Notes: generated by a model from the sequence alone, not told the origin. A stretch of DNA of 64,000 nt from the human T2T-CHM13v2.0 reference genome, Homo sapiens (GCF_009914755.1 NC_060928.1); one strand, 5' to 3'; positions 1 to 14,403 are shown, counted from the stretch's first letter. A program made the numbers and translations.

Positions 1-149
1 TCCATCTCTGAGAAAGGCAACTTGTTTTAATGGAAAACATTTTAATGAGTGATGCTTTTGTTTACTCAAAAGGGATAAACATTTACTTAAATTTTTACAG
101 TCTGAGCCCTTAAAAGAGAATAACCATCCCTTGTATCAACTCTTTCTTA

Positions 150-591
150 TTGAAAGTCTTTTCTCTAAGTCCAGACGTCATCATGCATGGGATGACATTG
201 CAAGAGAAATGTTAGGTTGTGGTTTTAAGATTAGGATTTATGGAAATGAGGGAAAGAAAGTCAAATTGAGTAAAGGAAAAATTTGTGCTCTTTTCTGGTT
301 CTAAGAACTCTCAAAACATTGCATAGAGAGATCTGGAGCATGAGTTACCCTTAGGATTTGTCCAAATTTAGGCAAAAGAGCCAATCATTTCATGGTCATG
401 TTAATAAGTCTTTGGATGTGTGCTGTTCTGGGAAGGGCTTGTGACAAATGCTGAGGTGGTGCCCTTCAGCTGAGGCAATTCCCAAAAGGGAGTGACATCT
501 GAGAAATGCCTGCCCGTTAGAATTCCAGTAGCTGTGTAGTAAGTCCTTCATTCTCTAAGGCTTCAGAGTTGTGCAGTACAGCATCTATCAC
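150..591 (-). mobile_element. LTR16-type ERVL LTR, old and diverged
   Basis: Motifs 'cccttcagctgaggcaattcccaaaaggg...gtaagtccttcattc...cagcatctatcaca' resemble the LTR16 family; boundaries approximate. Confidence 0.55.
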
Positions 592-617
592 ACACAACGA
601 TCATGACAGATAATGTT

Positions 618-1004
618 TATCTGGTCTGTTTATGCTGCTGTAACAAAATACCTGAGATGAGTTAATTCATAAATAACAGAAATTTATTTTCTTGAAATTC
701 CTGAGAGTGAGAAGTCCAAGATCAAGACGCAAGCAGGTTTGATTGTCAGGTGAGAACTGCTTTCTACTTCAAAGATGGCACACTTTTACTGCATCCACCA
801 AAGCATGGAAGACACTGTGTCCTCACATGGCACCAAGAGGAAAGACAAGCCAACCACAAGCTGCTTGAAGCCTCTTTCATAAGGGTTTAATCCCATTCAC
901 AAGGGAGAACCCTTATGTCCTAATCGTCTTTTAAAGGCCTTACGTTTTCATGCTATCACATTACAACACCTGAATTTTGGAGGGAACACATTCACACCAT
1001 AGCA
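618..1004 (-). mobile_element. MaLR solo LTR (MSTC/MSTD/MLT1A-like)
   Basis: 'ggtctgtttatgctgctgtaacaaaatacctgaga...gaagtccaagatcaag...cacattcacaccatagca' follows the reverse complement of a MaLR LTR; flanks atgtt/atggt. Confidence 0.85.
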
Positions 1005-2557
1005 ATGGTAAAATACTTTTCTACTTAGTAAATTCCACTTAAACCACATAGAGCCCCCATCGTAACAGCCCTCCTAGATATAATATCTTTACTAGAACTG
1101 ATAAACACAGGCTTTGGCTCTAGTAATGCATTAATAATCTATTCTGTTCTTTAATCCTCATATATAAATAGTGTCCAAAATGGTTTGTATTTACATGGGA
1201 AGAAGAGAAGTTTGCATTATCATCTAGCCCCAGGTCTTAGATAATTCCCCTACTACTTATTAAACTTTAATCTGAAAGTACCTTGATAATGGTGACATGA
1301 CCTATAATACCTAGTATGCCAATGACATCAATTATTGACTCTCTTTACACACACACATGTAAAATTATTTAATGAATGGCAAACCACTGTGGAATTCATA
1401 AGAAATATTTAATACATATTATGCGTGTGCTAACTAGGAAAAAATTTGCTGCCTATTTTATTATTTATCATTCTTTTACTTATCAGTGTATTTATGCTTG
1501 GTGAATATGCCTTTCTGTTGCTTTTGATTTACTATTATCCAAAATTTAAGGCATAAAAAGTAGTGTGAAGAAAATGTGAGAAAAATAATGTCATTTTACA
1601 TCCAGCTTTGTCTGACGAAAAAAAGGTTAGTAAGTACAGTGTGTGTAGACCTAGAATAGTAGTATATATTTCATTGTGATTTTGTGAAAATTAGTTTTCT
1701 CTAACTTTCTTTGGATTTTTAAAAATATTATGTTATCTAAGTTTCCCAGTATAGGCTAGTTAGCTAAAGTCAATGGAAGACAAATGACCAGGTAAACAAA
1801 TATATACTTCAAAGTTTCTCTAAAGTATGGTAAGATTGTATGTGAAATATTTCAGGTTTTAAATATATTGACTTGCAGTGTTTTAAAATATATGATCATG
1901 ACTTTACAAAATGAAGTTTTCACATTTTATATGAATAATTCCAAGTAGTTTTAATTTTATAACATATTCAAATGCAAGTTATTGATGTTTCTTTCTGAAG
2001 CATTAACTTTGATCTAGCAACTCCTATTTAATTTTTCTGTTCACTAAACTTAAATAAAACTCTAAATCTTACAATAGTGAGAACAAGTAGTACATCATTC
2101 TTCTCTACTGCTGAAAAATAAAAAAGAAAATTGCATTCTCTGTTGGTTATAAAGTTACATAATTGCAGTGAACCTACATAAAACAAGAGATGAATACATA
2201 TAAATGGGATATAAATATGATAATTAGGCATTAATTTATCCCCTTTTATATCTATAATATGTACAGATATAACATCTGATTCACTTTAGCCTACTACTTT
2301 AGGAGTAAACTGTAACTTGAGGATATCTAATGTTGTTCACAGTAAGTTAAGATGAAGGAATAACACTGCTTTAGGTAACTCAATCATGGACTTTTCAATT
2401 AAAAACATTATACACACTACTCTGGTTCTGAACCAAAAGTCAGCATATCTCAAGATAACTATAAGGTTTACATTACAAACAAATAATAACAACAACAATA
2501 CCTACTTCCTTAAAACTTTGATGCAAACACAGCAATACCAAAAACTTTCCTGTTAGT

Positions 2558-3089
2558 TAGAGATACTAAACCTGGTGACCATAGATAACAGAGAATTCTG
2601 CAGCCCCTCGTTTTGGATTAAAAAAATTGTATTTGTCCCCCACTAACCTATAACTAAAATTTACATTTTCTTCAATTATGTATGTAAAGCAATAAATCAC
2701 GATACTATTAGTGGTGCTTGTAACTTTTTCGCCAAGAGAATGTGCAGATATTTTCATAATGCATGACACTAACTGTAAATATTTCCTAATATATTTATTC
2801 TCACCATTATTTTGAAATTATGACATTTATAAGATCAACCAATAATTTTTACATTTAATACATTAATCAAAAATATATATATTATCTATAGCATGCATCT
2901 AATATTCTATATATATTTCATTATAATTGGATTTCTTCTATAATAATATATATTATTTAGAACATTTTAAAAACATTTTTTATTTAAAACATTTATTTTG
3001 AGAGAGTCCATAGGTTAAACCAGATGGCCAAAGAAGTTCCAAGGCAAAAGAAACACATATACAAATAAAAAAACAAAACAAAATACGTG
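2558..3089 (+). mobile_element. hAT-Charlie DNA transposon relic (Charlie4a-like)
   Basis: 'cactaacctataactaaaatttacattttcttcaattatgtatgta...cagatattttcat...gagtccataggttaaaccagatggccaaagaagttcca' is colinear with the remembered Charlie4a consensus. Confidence 0.7.
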
Positions 3090-3540
3090 CTAGTAGGTAA
3101 CAACCCACGTAACTTGGGAACACAGAAGTGCTTCACTAAATTGATGAATCAGAAACTATGGAAAATTTTTGAAAAATTCAGAACTATTCTGTTGTTTACT
3201 GTATTTGATGTACCTAAATCTAAATTATTATGTCTATCTATGTGAGCTTAGAAGAGTAGTTGGCCCTCTACTGGGGAAGAGACTACTAGGGGCAATAAAG
3301 AATAATATAATCTTTGAAACAAGAAAGGCAGTTAATGCCATGATGATTATATGACACAAAAAATTAGTTTGGAGTTCACATAAATCTGGGTAAATCTGAA
3401 ATAATATATGTGTGAATTTATTAATGTATTAATATATGAATGTATTATGAAATGTAATATATAACACATATAATTCACATGGCCTCTCAGAACATTTATT
3501 TATTGAGCATTGTGATAATTAATCACTTCTCAATATTTCA

Positions 3541-4393
3541 TTTTTTTCTTTTATTTACTTATTTATTTTTATTTTATTTTGTTACCATGCTTTTATTTAA
3601 CTTTTAATTTTGTGGTACATATGCAGGTTTATTACATAGGTAAACTAGTGTCATGGGGGTTTGTGGTATAGGTTATTTCATCACCCAGGTATTAAGCCTA
3701 ATACCCATTAGTTATTTTTCCTGGTCCTCTCTCTTCTTCTATTCTTCACCCTTCAACAGGCCCCAGTGTGTGTTGTTCCCCTCTATGTGTTGATGTGTTC
3801 TCATCATTTAGCTCTCACTTTTAAGTGAGAACATTTGGTATTTGGTTTTCTGTTCCTTCATTAGTTTGATAAGGATAATGGCCTCCATCTCCATCCATGT
3901 CCCTGCAAAGGATCTGATCTCATTCTTTTTTATGCCTGCTTAGTATTCCATGGTGTGTATGTACCATATTTTCTTTATCCAGTTTATCTTTGAAGGGCAT
4001 TTAGGCTGATTCCATGTCATTGCTATTGTGAATAGTGCTGCAATGAACATATGCATGCATGTGTCTTTATAATAGAATGATTTATATTCCTTTTGGTATA
4101 TACCCAGTAATGAGATTCATGGGTTGAGTGGTATTTCTGTCTAGGTCTTTGAGGAATTGCCACACTGTCTTCCACAATGATTGAACTAACTTATACACCC
4201 ACCAACAGTGTAGAAGTGTCCATCTTTCTCCGCAAACTTGCCAGCATTTGTTTTCGCTTTTTTTTTTACTTTTTAGTAATAGCCATTCTGACTGGTATAA
4301 GATGGTATCTCATTGTGATTTTGATTTGCATTTCTCTAATGATCAGTGTTGTTGAGCTTTTTCTCGTATGTTTGTTGGCCACATGTATGTCTT
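3541..4393 (-). mobile_element. L1 3' fragment (L1PA13-16-like), 5'-truncated, with TSD
   Basis: T-rich tail, L1 3'UTR and ORF2 C-terminus on the minus strand; TSD cttctcaatatttc (3526-3539) / cttctcaatacttc (4394-4407). Confidence 0.93.
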
Positions 4394-4522
4394 CTTCTCA
4401 ATACTTCTTAAGTGTGGTTCCTTCCTTTCTTCAAAGAAAATATGGGAATAGAATTCTATAGTTAAGAAATCCTAGCTTAGAATAAAGTAGAAGTAGAATT
4501 TTTTCAATGGCTATTACCAATC

Positions 4523-4882
4523 TGTATTAGTCCATTTTCATAATGCTATGAAGAAATACTTGAGACTGGGTAATTTATAACGAAAAAGAGGTTTAGTGGA
4601 CTCACATTTCCACATGGCTGGGGAGGCCTCACAGTCATGGTGGAAAGCAAAGGAGGAGCAAAGGCACATCTTACATGGTGGCAGGCAAAAGAGTGAGTGC
4701 AGGGGAACTGTCCTTAAAACCATCAGATCTCCTGAGATTTTTTCACTTTCAAAAGAACAGCACAAAAAATCCCACCTCCATGATACAGTTATCTCCCACT
4801 GGGTCCCTTCCATGACACCTGAGGATTATGGGAGCTACAATTCAAGATGAGATTTGGGTGGGGACACAGCCAAACCATATAA
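4523..4882 (-). mobile_element. THE1 (C/D-like) MaLR solo LTR
   Basis: 'tgtattagtccattttc...gatgagatttgggtggggacacagccaaaccatat' is the full-length reverse complement of a THE1 LTR. Confidence 0.93.
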
Positions 4883-5547
4883 CTGTCTTTAAAAACAGTA
4901 AGGGAATATCAGAACAAAATTGGAGAGATATCAATAAATAAAACAGAGAACAGGATGTCAGAGGTTAATTATTAAGATCTCCAGAAAATATAGTGGGGTT
5001 TTCAATGTCAATTCTGGAAGGTCTAATGGCTAGAGTAGACTTTGCTGGGAGTTAGAGGTTGGAAGTTTCAACATTTTATATTGTGGAGCTGACAGAAAGT
5101 GTGCTAACAGTTACAAAGAGAATATGTATCTATGAAAGAATACATACCTAGCAAAAAGATTCAAGAGCAGGCCTAATAGCCATGTCAATCCCCAAATACC
5201 TTGGGCTATGTTGGTGTTATTTCCAAGAACAACTGTGGTCTGTAACACTTGTTACTCATTGCTAACTTTCAATAAATGTTATGTGCTTCACTAGGGTTAA
5301 TAAGAATATTATTAACAAGGCACACTCCATTTTACATAATAATATTTGTAATATGAGCCTACTTCATGGAGCATAAGAGAGAAAATGGAAATAACACAAT
5401 TTTGAGAAAGAAATTGTCCTCTGAGATTTTAATTGATAGGAAGCTTTATTATCTTCAAACAATATGATGGACATCTTAACTTGCATTCATTGTATCTATG
5501 CCAGGCTTTAAAGTCAAGAAAAAACAAATAAAAAAATAAAAATAGTA

Positions 5548-5790
5548 AAAGCTACCATTTATTAAGCACTTACCGAGAGTCAAGCAGTGTGCTGAGAACT
5601 TTACCTGGACTTTTAAATCTATTTCTTATGGAAACTTATGAAGTATTATTGTAATCTCTAATTTACAAATAAAAAACCCTGATTCTTAGAGAAGTGGAGT
5701 AATTTGTTTTAGGTAATAGCCACGAAGTGGCAGAAATAAGATGTACTTCTAATTCTTATTATTGCAAACCCAGAATTTGAATGATTGAAG
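5548..5790 (-). mobile_element. MIR SINE
   Basis: 'gctaccatttattaagcacttac...tgtgctgagaacttt...tttacaaataaaaaaccctgattcttagagaagtggagtaatttg' matches the MIR core reversed. Confidence 0.7.
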
Positions 5791-7074
5791 TCTGCTTTCA
5801 AATTCAAAGCAAAGAGAGGAAGAAAGGTATTATTTATTTAGGGTGTAATTGGCCAGTTTGGGATATTAACCTCTTCTCTCTGTTTTATTAAATTTTTGCT
5901 GAAGAATTATAGCTGTGTAAATATATACTTAGGTTAATCAGTGAAATTTTGCACCACTATAAACCAGCCACGAATTTAGGTATCTAAATCATAACATGGA
6001 TTTCATTTTGTTAAAAAGAACATTAGAGTTTGCAATATTTTATCATAGAGAGAGATAGTTTTGAGACCCAAAAGCTGTCATGTATCATAGTTTGGTCTGT
6101 ATTAACTTCATTATCTTGAGTACGTCACTTCACAGTGCTGAGGAACTATTTGTCCTTAATAAGGTATAATTACTTTTCTGCCTTATAAGTACGTTGGAAG
6201 AATATAAACAGGTAATGAAAGGAAAGGGTCCATAATGATTGTTCACTTTGCCAATATAGGAGTTTTATAATCCTGTTTAATGAGAATACTATTTCTCACA
6301 CTGTTTAACTGAGAGGACAATTTAATTAATTGAGCACAGATGCTTAATCTGTGCTAGGTTACCAGATCTTTCAATAAGAATGATGAAACACTTTAAGTTG
6401 TATCATTTCATAAAAGATTATCAATTATAAGTACACTTCCCTTATGTTTCAAATATACCTTCAGGAGAGTGTGCCCCTGCAGAATCACCAATACTGCTAA
6501 CCTTTGAGATGTCTTGATTGTGCTTCATAATGATTATTAATAAGGCCTTGACAAGAAATAAACATCCTTAACCTTCGTTGTTATTAAGTAAGGAAAAATG
6601 CTTGAACTGAAATTCATTATAGACCATGAAACTATAAAGGAGAAAACTAATATTCATGACTTTATATTTATTGAAAAACCTTAACCTTTAGGAATCATTA
6701 GTTTTCAGAATAGTCTATAAAGTTAAACCGAGCAGCACAAGAGCAGATGTGGAAGATCAAGGAGGAGAGTAGATGATAAACCCCACTATTGTTTAACATT
6801 TGTTGAGCAGCATTCTTCTAGTGTCCAGGCTCAATCCGAGTAGCAAAATATTTTCAGAGCTCAGAAATACCTAGAGTAATCAAACCAAGAGAAGTAAGTT
6901 ACTTTTTAAAACAATACAAAATAGAAAGTATCCCAGAGTGTGAGACTCATAGTTGTGGATATAAAAACTCCTTAGTATTCACTTTTTACTCTGGGTTATT
7001 AAGGCCAATGAGAAATCAATTACTAAGAAGTCTCAGGATTTTTAACTTCATTTGGCGTGAGGCAATACTTTGGG

Positions 7075-7098
7075 GTGTGTGTGTGTGTGTGTGTGTGT
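7075..7098. repeat. (GT)12 microsatellite
   Basis: Read directly. Confidence 0.95.
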
Positions 7099-7103
7099 TT
7101 ATG

Positions 7104-7451
7104 TGTCTTAGTCCTTTTGGGGTGCTATAGCAAAATACTATAAACTGGGTAGCTCAAAAACAACATAAATGTATTTCTTACAGATCTGGAGGCTGGTAAG
7201 TTCAATATGAAGGTGCTAGAAGATTTGGTTTCTGGGATAGGCCTGCTTCCTCTTAGATGGCTGTCTTATCACTCTAACCTCACAGGGAGGGAGAGGGTGG
7301 CGGTCACTCTGGGGCCTCTTTTTTATCTTATTCATGAAGGATTTGCCTCCATGACCTAATCACCTCTCATAGGTCCCACTTTCTAATACCATCACCTTGG
7401 GGGTTACAATTACAACCTATGAGTTTTGAGGGGACACATTCAGATTTTAGC
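7104..7451 (-). mobile_element. MLT1A0-like MaLR solo LTR
   Basis: 'tgtcttagtcc...aaactgggtagc...catgacctaatcacctctc...ctaataccatcaccttgggggtt...gggacacattcaga'. Confidence 0.88.
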
Positions 7452-7454
7452 TGT

Positions 7455-7490
<36 letters not shown>
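7452..7490. repeat. (TG)n microsatellite with one interruption
   Basis: Read directly. Confidence 0.95.
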
Positions 7491-7492
<2 letters not shown>

Positions 7493-8735
7493 CAGTTTTC
7501 TTTTGCCTCAATAATATATCAAATAAACTACCCCAAAGCTTATAGTATCACAGTGGCAACCCTTTGTCATAAGCCTGCAGGTTGTCAGAGGAGCTCTGCA
7601 GATCAAGACATCTTTGAGAATGTTTATTGCTCAAATTCACTTCTGAATGATATGTAGAGAGAGACTGGGTCTTCTTATTACAGGTCAAAATTATGCCTTT
7701 GACCATTCATTGTTCCATTCTTACTGGATACAATGGCTTGTGATATATTTATTTCTAATTTCTAATTAGTTACAGCACATAATCCCTAATTTTATTATAA
7801 ATCTCTCTATCAATACATCTATGACATGATCAAGACAGAGTCCAATGCTTATCTTTTTTTTTGTAGTCTGTTTTACATTGTTTTATATATATATATATAT
7901 ATATATACACATTGTTATATGTATGTATTTTTTGTTTACTTTGGTCTGGGTATTACCCACTAGGCCTTAGAGAGTGTAGCAAGCACATCTGAACTTACTT
8001 TAACCTGCTTATTAAACTTTTGCTTTTATCTGTCACCATAGACTCTTTTATGTCTATTATTGATTGCTTGCTGATCTCCCATTTCTGTAGAGAGAAGAGT
8101 TATTGCCATAGATTATTACAAATCAGTATGCTCTTACAGTTGGCACCAAGGCTCAGCAGCATGAAGTGGCTAGAGGAAGATGAGTAAGTATGCAAGAAAA
8201 AAAATGCAAGAATCCAAAATCCTGTTTTCTCAAAACATGAAGCATTTATTGGCTATTCTGGTAGGTAATTAAGCCAAATTTAAAATACAACATTTGAGAA
8301 TAGATTGTTTTCTTTAAAAAATAATGAACATTACTTAAATGTTTATACTTAAATGTTTTTTAAGCTCCTGATTGACTGATAATTTTTGGACCATTCCCAC
8401 CCCTTGCCTCCGGGCAGGAACAGACAATACTTTTTCAAGACACAAATTTGAGGTTATAAATACTACCTATCCAGAAATTGTTTGTTTTTTTCTTTCCTGT
8501 CTATGAAGAGTAGCTCAAGATCCTGATCATGTTTCACTGCAGTAGCATGTAACTAATTATATACAAACAAGGTACAAAGGGCAAAAGGTGGGATGAACTG
8601 AATGATTAATTCAGTTAATTAATCATTAGCATGTAATTAGCCTGTAAGGGTATTCTGGAAATGGTTTTGAAAGAAAGAAAATGAAAACTTGAACTTTTTT
8701 TTTCCTAAATTTACTGTAGATAAATAAGGAAACTA

Positions 8736-8737
<2 letters not shown>

Positions 8738-8781
<44 letters not shown>
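8738..8781. repeat. (AT)22 microsatellite
   Basis: Uninterrupted TA run, read directly. Confidence 0.95.
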
Positions 8782-8794
<13 letters not shown>

Positions 8795-9124
8795 GAGTAA
8801 ACCACAAACATGCTTTTTTAAAAAAGCTTTCCTCTTCCATTTTACCTTCTCATCATTAATACAATCGACATGCCTGAAGCATTACAACCACATTCAGTAA
8901 AGGGTGAGAAAGAGTTAAGTAGTAAATTCAAATTGCCATTAAAACAGTGAGACAGAAATAGCTGAAATAACTACAGCACCTTCCTGAAGTAGTGGTTTTG
9001 GAAGCTGCAAGTGCTGCTCTGTCACTGTAGTCAAGGATTTGACATATTCTTGGATGAGGAGGAAGTCCTTGTTTTGATAGTTAGAGTATAGTGTCTGGCA
9101 CTTTTGGTAGAGATGCAATTCTGT

Positions 9125-9325
9125 ATTTACATATATGAAGTCAAAAAGGGATAGCATTTTATTGGACTAAATCTAATTCAGCCAATCTTAGCCTGAAGAA
9201 AATTGTTAGGCAGCATTTTAATATTTGATTTACATATATGAAGTCAAAAAGGGATAGCATTTTATTGGACTAAATCTAATTCAGCCAATCTTAGCTAGAA
9301 GAAAATTGTTAGGCAGCGTTTTTAA
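9125..9325. repeat. Tandem duplication, period 103 bp
   Basis: 'atttacatatatgaagtcaaaaagggatagcattttattggactaaatctaattcagccaatcttagc..gaagaaaattgttaggcagc' starts at both 9125 and 9228. Confidence 0.97.
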
Positions 9326-10074
9326 CACTGTTGTCTGTTCAATGTTCTGTGGTTCTTTGATTTTCACATAGGGTGAGCAGTAATAAAAACTAAGATGGTT
9401 TTAAGAATGGCATTTTAAAACAATTGATTTTTAAAGATACTTTTATAATGCTAATATTATGCAAAATAATTTAAATTTAATTTTTAATAGGAAAATTTTT
9501 ATCATCACTTTCGAATAATGTATTTGAATTTAAATTTTACCTATTTTTTATTTTGATTGACATAAGAATATTCATAAAGCATTTAAAATGCTTTCTAAGT
9601 AATATTAAGTAATAGTAGTTACAGATAATATTAATGTCAAATGCAACAATGAAATGATATTACATATTAAATTTCACATAAATATAAATAAAATAGTGTT
9701 CTTATAAGAAAGTGACACATTTTAGACTGCTTAGCAGGAAGAAAATTTTTGAATTGTCATTATAACAAAGGGATGACACAACTCAAGTATGTTCAGATAT
9801 TGTGATGGTTACAATTTGCTCTCCTAATTGTGCTATGTGGAGTGAAAAATAGGGTACAGGGTAATTTAAAACTAGAGTACAGTCAAAAACAGAAGATACA
9901 AATATTAACTGTAGCTTACTGAAATATGCAGAGTGTAAAAATCATTCTAAAAGGAGGGACTGAGGTTGCTGAAAAAGAAAAGAAAAAACATACAAAGAAA
10001 CAAAAACAGCTGGCATACATCATGAATAATTTAAACATGGATACAGGACAATATTCTGGTGTGACAAAGCCTCT

Positions 10075-10333
10075 TTTTAAATTTTTAAATTGACCTCAAA
10101 ATTGTATGTATTTATAGTGTACAACATGATGTTCTGAAATATGTGTATACATTGTGGAAAGCCTAAATTGGACTAATTAACATATATATTACCTCACATA
10201 CTTATTTGTGGTGAGAACACTTGAAATTTTATTCTACCAACTTTCAATTATAGAATACATTGTTAGTAACAATAGTCACACTTTGTACAATAGATCTCTT
10301 GAACTTATTCCCCTTGTGTAACTGAAATTTAAT
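10075..10333 (-). mobile_element. L1MA 3' end fragment
   Basis: 'aaattgtatgtatttatagtgtacaacatgatg...ttacctcacatactta...gtacaatagatctcttgaacttattcc' is typical L1MA 3'UTR. Confidence 0.85.
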
Positions 10334-11057
10334 ACCTTTGACCAACTCCACCCTAATTTTTAGGGCTTCTTTTTAATGTTAGATTAGAATTTTGTTTTAT
10401 GGACTTATAATCAGAAGAAGAAACTAGGGTGTTTTAATGTAATAAAATTCTGATGAATCAACTATCCTCCGCCAAGGCATATATCTTTACAATGGTTTAT
10501 ATTTGTCACAGACAGTTCTACTCCTTTGCTCTGTATTAAACTGTGACAACCTTATATGCCTTTTGAGTATATTTTTGCACACCTGCATTATATGATTTAG
10601 CACTGCATTTTAAGTGGTCAATTTTAACAAGATTGATTTAATGAAGTTCTAGTTTTGAAGGTGTATCTTGTTTGTCTTCATTCAGATGTTGATCCCTTTT
10701 ATTGATTCTGCATATTCCTGGAAGATGTATTATTTACTTTTAAAACTTTTGAGGTTTTATAAATGGGAATCATTCTGTATGCTTTCATCTATGACTTTTT
10801 ACCCAATATTATATATTTTGATATTAATCCACATCAGTGAATGCATATATAATCCAATAGTTTATTTTATAGTATTCATTTCTTTTAACACTTAAAGTGA
10901 GTCTATTATAAATAATAAATTGAAGACATATCTTCTTTGTTTATTATTTACTTGTACTCTTTATCTTTTAATTGCAAAATTTAGTGAATTTTTACTTATT
11001 ATAACTGATATGAGATTCGTTTTTACACATTTGTTTGTGCTGCTTTTCTGTTTATGT

Positions 11058-11158
11058 ACCCAAATACATGATTGACAGAAACCATGAGATGGTAAATATG
11101 CTATTCTTAAATTACAAAGTTTGGGGGTTATTTATTATTTAACAATAAATACATAATA
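11058..11158 (+). mobile_element. Old MLT1 LTR 3' fragment
   Basis: 'acagaaaccatgagatggtaaatatg...aagtttgggggttatt' resembles the MLT1 LTR terminus. Confidence 0.5.
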
Positions 11159-11509
11159 AAAATCACCAAAATATTAAGACTAAACAATCCCTTAACTAGC
11201 ATTTCTACTTGAAAAGTGACTTTAGCCAGGTATTTCCCACTTGCTTCATTAGTGATTATGCAGTGTTAAATCATTATGAAATATAATTGTTATCTGCAGA
11301 TAATGTATATTGTGTCCTCTTTTGTGTACAAAAAACCAACTGCCTTCTGAGGTTTCTGTTACTGAATAAAATTCACTGAGAAGAACATGGGCAATGCTTT
11401 CAGTAGTATGATATCAGCTCATGTGGCTGCCCTGCGATGTAGTACATTTCGTGATTAAGAAAACCTTGTCATTGACACTTTTCTTAGACACTAGATACCT
11501 TTGGTTTAT

Positions 11510-12265
<756 letters not shown>

Positions 12266-12654
12266 ATCTTATTAAGATCCAAAAATTAGGCTAAAGGAAT
12301 GCAACTTTCATGGAAAGAAACTGCTGACGAGAAAAAGAAGAAAAAATAAACTGCTTTCTACATGTTGTTAGATCCTAAGAACAACCTGGCTTGTATTGCA
12401 TTATAGGGAGTGATAAAAATATCAAAATAATAAGAGAAAAGCACTAGGCTCTATATTCCACTAAAAATGATGTTTACTGTATTTACTATCTCCTGAATTT
12501 TAAGAAGGATCATTGGGTTTTAATAGAAAAAGAAATTTTGTAACGCTTGCTCACAAAACCGAATTTAAATTCATGTGTGCTTTTTATTCGACATCTATTT
12601 AAGGTTGCTTCAAAGACCTATTAACCTGTCTCCTCTTTTTCACTCCTGACATTT

Positions 12655-13110
12655 CTTATGTTGATTTAGATCTTCTCAGGAGTAGAAATTGAGACAAAAA
12701 TTTTAGTGCCAATAGTTTTTAGGGGAGGTCATCTCGGGACATGTCTGCAGGGGAGTAAAGAAGTGAATCAAGAGTTCCAAAAAGGATTATCAATATAGTT
12801 ATCATTAGGTCCAGTTGAAGTTTAATTCACAGAGGAATTCTGGGAAACAAAGTAGGAAAAAGTGCCTCAGAGTCATCCCACCTAAGTAACAAAGAATTCG
12901 GGGTGTTAATATACCAAGTTCTGTCAGTGATTAGTCATTAATTTCTTAGAACTTCCCATCTGCTATGCTTGCAATTAGAATGAGCTCTAACTGCTGGAGA
13001 AAACCATTGAGGAAAAAAAAAAAAGGAAAAGAAAAAAGAAAACAAAAGGCAAGTCAGTCTGGCTGGCTTGCACAGAAATGGTAAAGCCAAAGGGAGACAG
13101 GCAGGGGACC
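12655..13110 (-). mobile_element. LTR16(C/E)-like ERVL LTR
   Basis: 'gagacaaaaattttagtgccaatagtttttaggggaggtcatc...gaattctgggaaac...gcctcagagtcatcccacc' matches an LTR16-family pattern. Confidence 0.6.
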
Positions 13111-13189
13111 AACTGTGCCTCCCCCACTCCCAATTCATTTAAACACTAGCCCCAGCAACTTTTTTGTCTAATCGTACACTTGATTCTGT

Positions 13190-13745
13190 AAACTTTTTGC
13201 TTAGCTATTTCAAAGTGCTCACATTACTCTTAAAATAAAGTTCAAAATCCTCAATATATTACAAAGAGTTGCGGCAAGATTCAGGCTCTACCTACTTTCT
13301 TGCCGATCTTTCATATCGTTTTATGCTATCACTCTGCCCACAATAGACTTTCTTCCAATTTCACAGCATAATGTGGCACCTCTCAACACAAGATATCTGT
13401 GCATGGTAGGTCCTCTTCTCCCTGTTTATTTAGTTAATGTCTATTCTATCTTCCAACATTAGCTTATAAGTTATTTGCTAGTTAGGACAGCCTTCACTGA
13501 TCTCTTCCCTGTTTTTCCCTAAAATGTAGGGGGAAAAATGTTCTTTTATAACATTATACACCTCAGCCTCTCTTTATAGAATTTACCAGTTATAATTGTG
13601 TATTTACTTTTGAAATATTTGATAATGTCTATCTCTTTAAAAGTACTGCTTGATTGAAAATTTCAGGTTTTTTCATCTTCAGTTTTATATCCCTAGCACC
13701 TGAAGTATCTGATATTGATGGGGATTCTATAATTAGTTTTAAAAA
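13190..13745 (+). mobile_element. L2 3' fragment
   Basis: 'ctcttaaaataaagttcaaaatcctc...gccttcactgatc...tatatccctagcacctgaag'. Confidence 0.55.
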
Positions 13746-13747
<2 letters not shown>

Positions 13748-13790
<43 letters not shown>

Positions 13791-13892
13791 ATATATATAT
13801 AACATATATATAACATATATATATAACATATATATAATGTATATATATAACATATATATGTAATGTATATATATATAACATATATGTATATG
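13748..13892. repeat. Compound (TA)n(GA)n plus TATATATAACA-type low-complexity array
   Basis: Read directly. Confidence 0.92.
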
Positions 13893-13906
13893 TAATGTTT
13901 ACAGCC

Positions 13907-14233
<327 letters not shown>

Positions 14234-14403
14234 TTTACAGCTGTTACAAAATATGTTTATGACATTGTCTTGTGTTTTAAAAATAATCACACATATTGAA
14301 TAATAAATAAGAAAAAACATAACTAATGAATATGACTCATACATATAAAAATTATACTAAACTGAATACTTTACTTGTACCATGTTATTAGAAAGTCATT
14401 ATA

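Noticed and set aside
9125-9325. Direct repeats considered as a CRISPR-like array (also 35786-35906 and 54299-54438)
   Set aside because: The copies are contiguous with no unique spacers or cas genes, and the context is primate genomic DNA.
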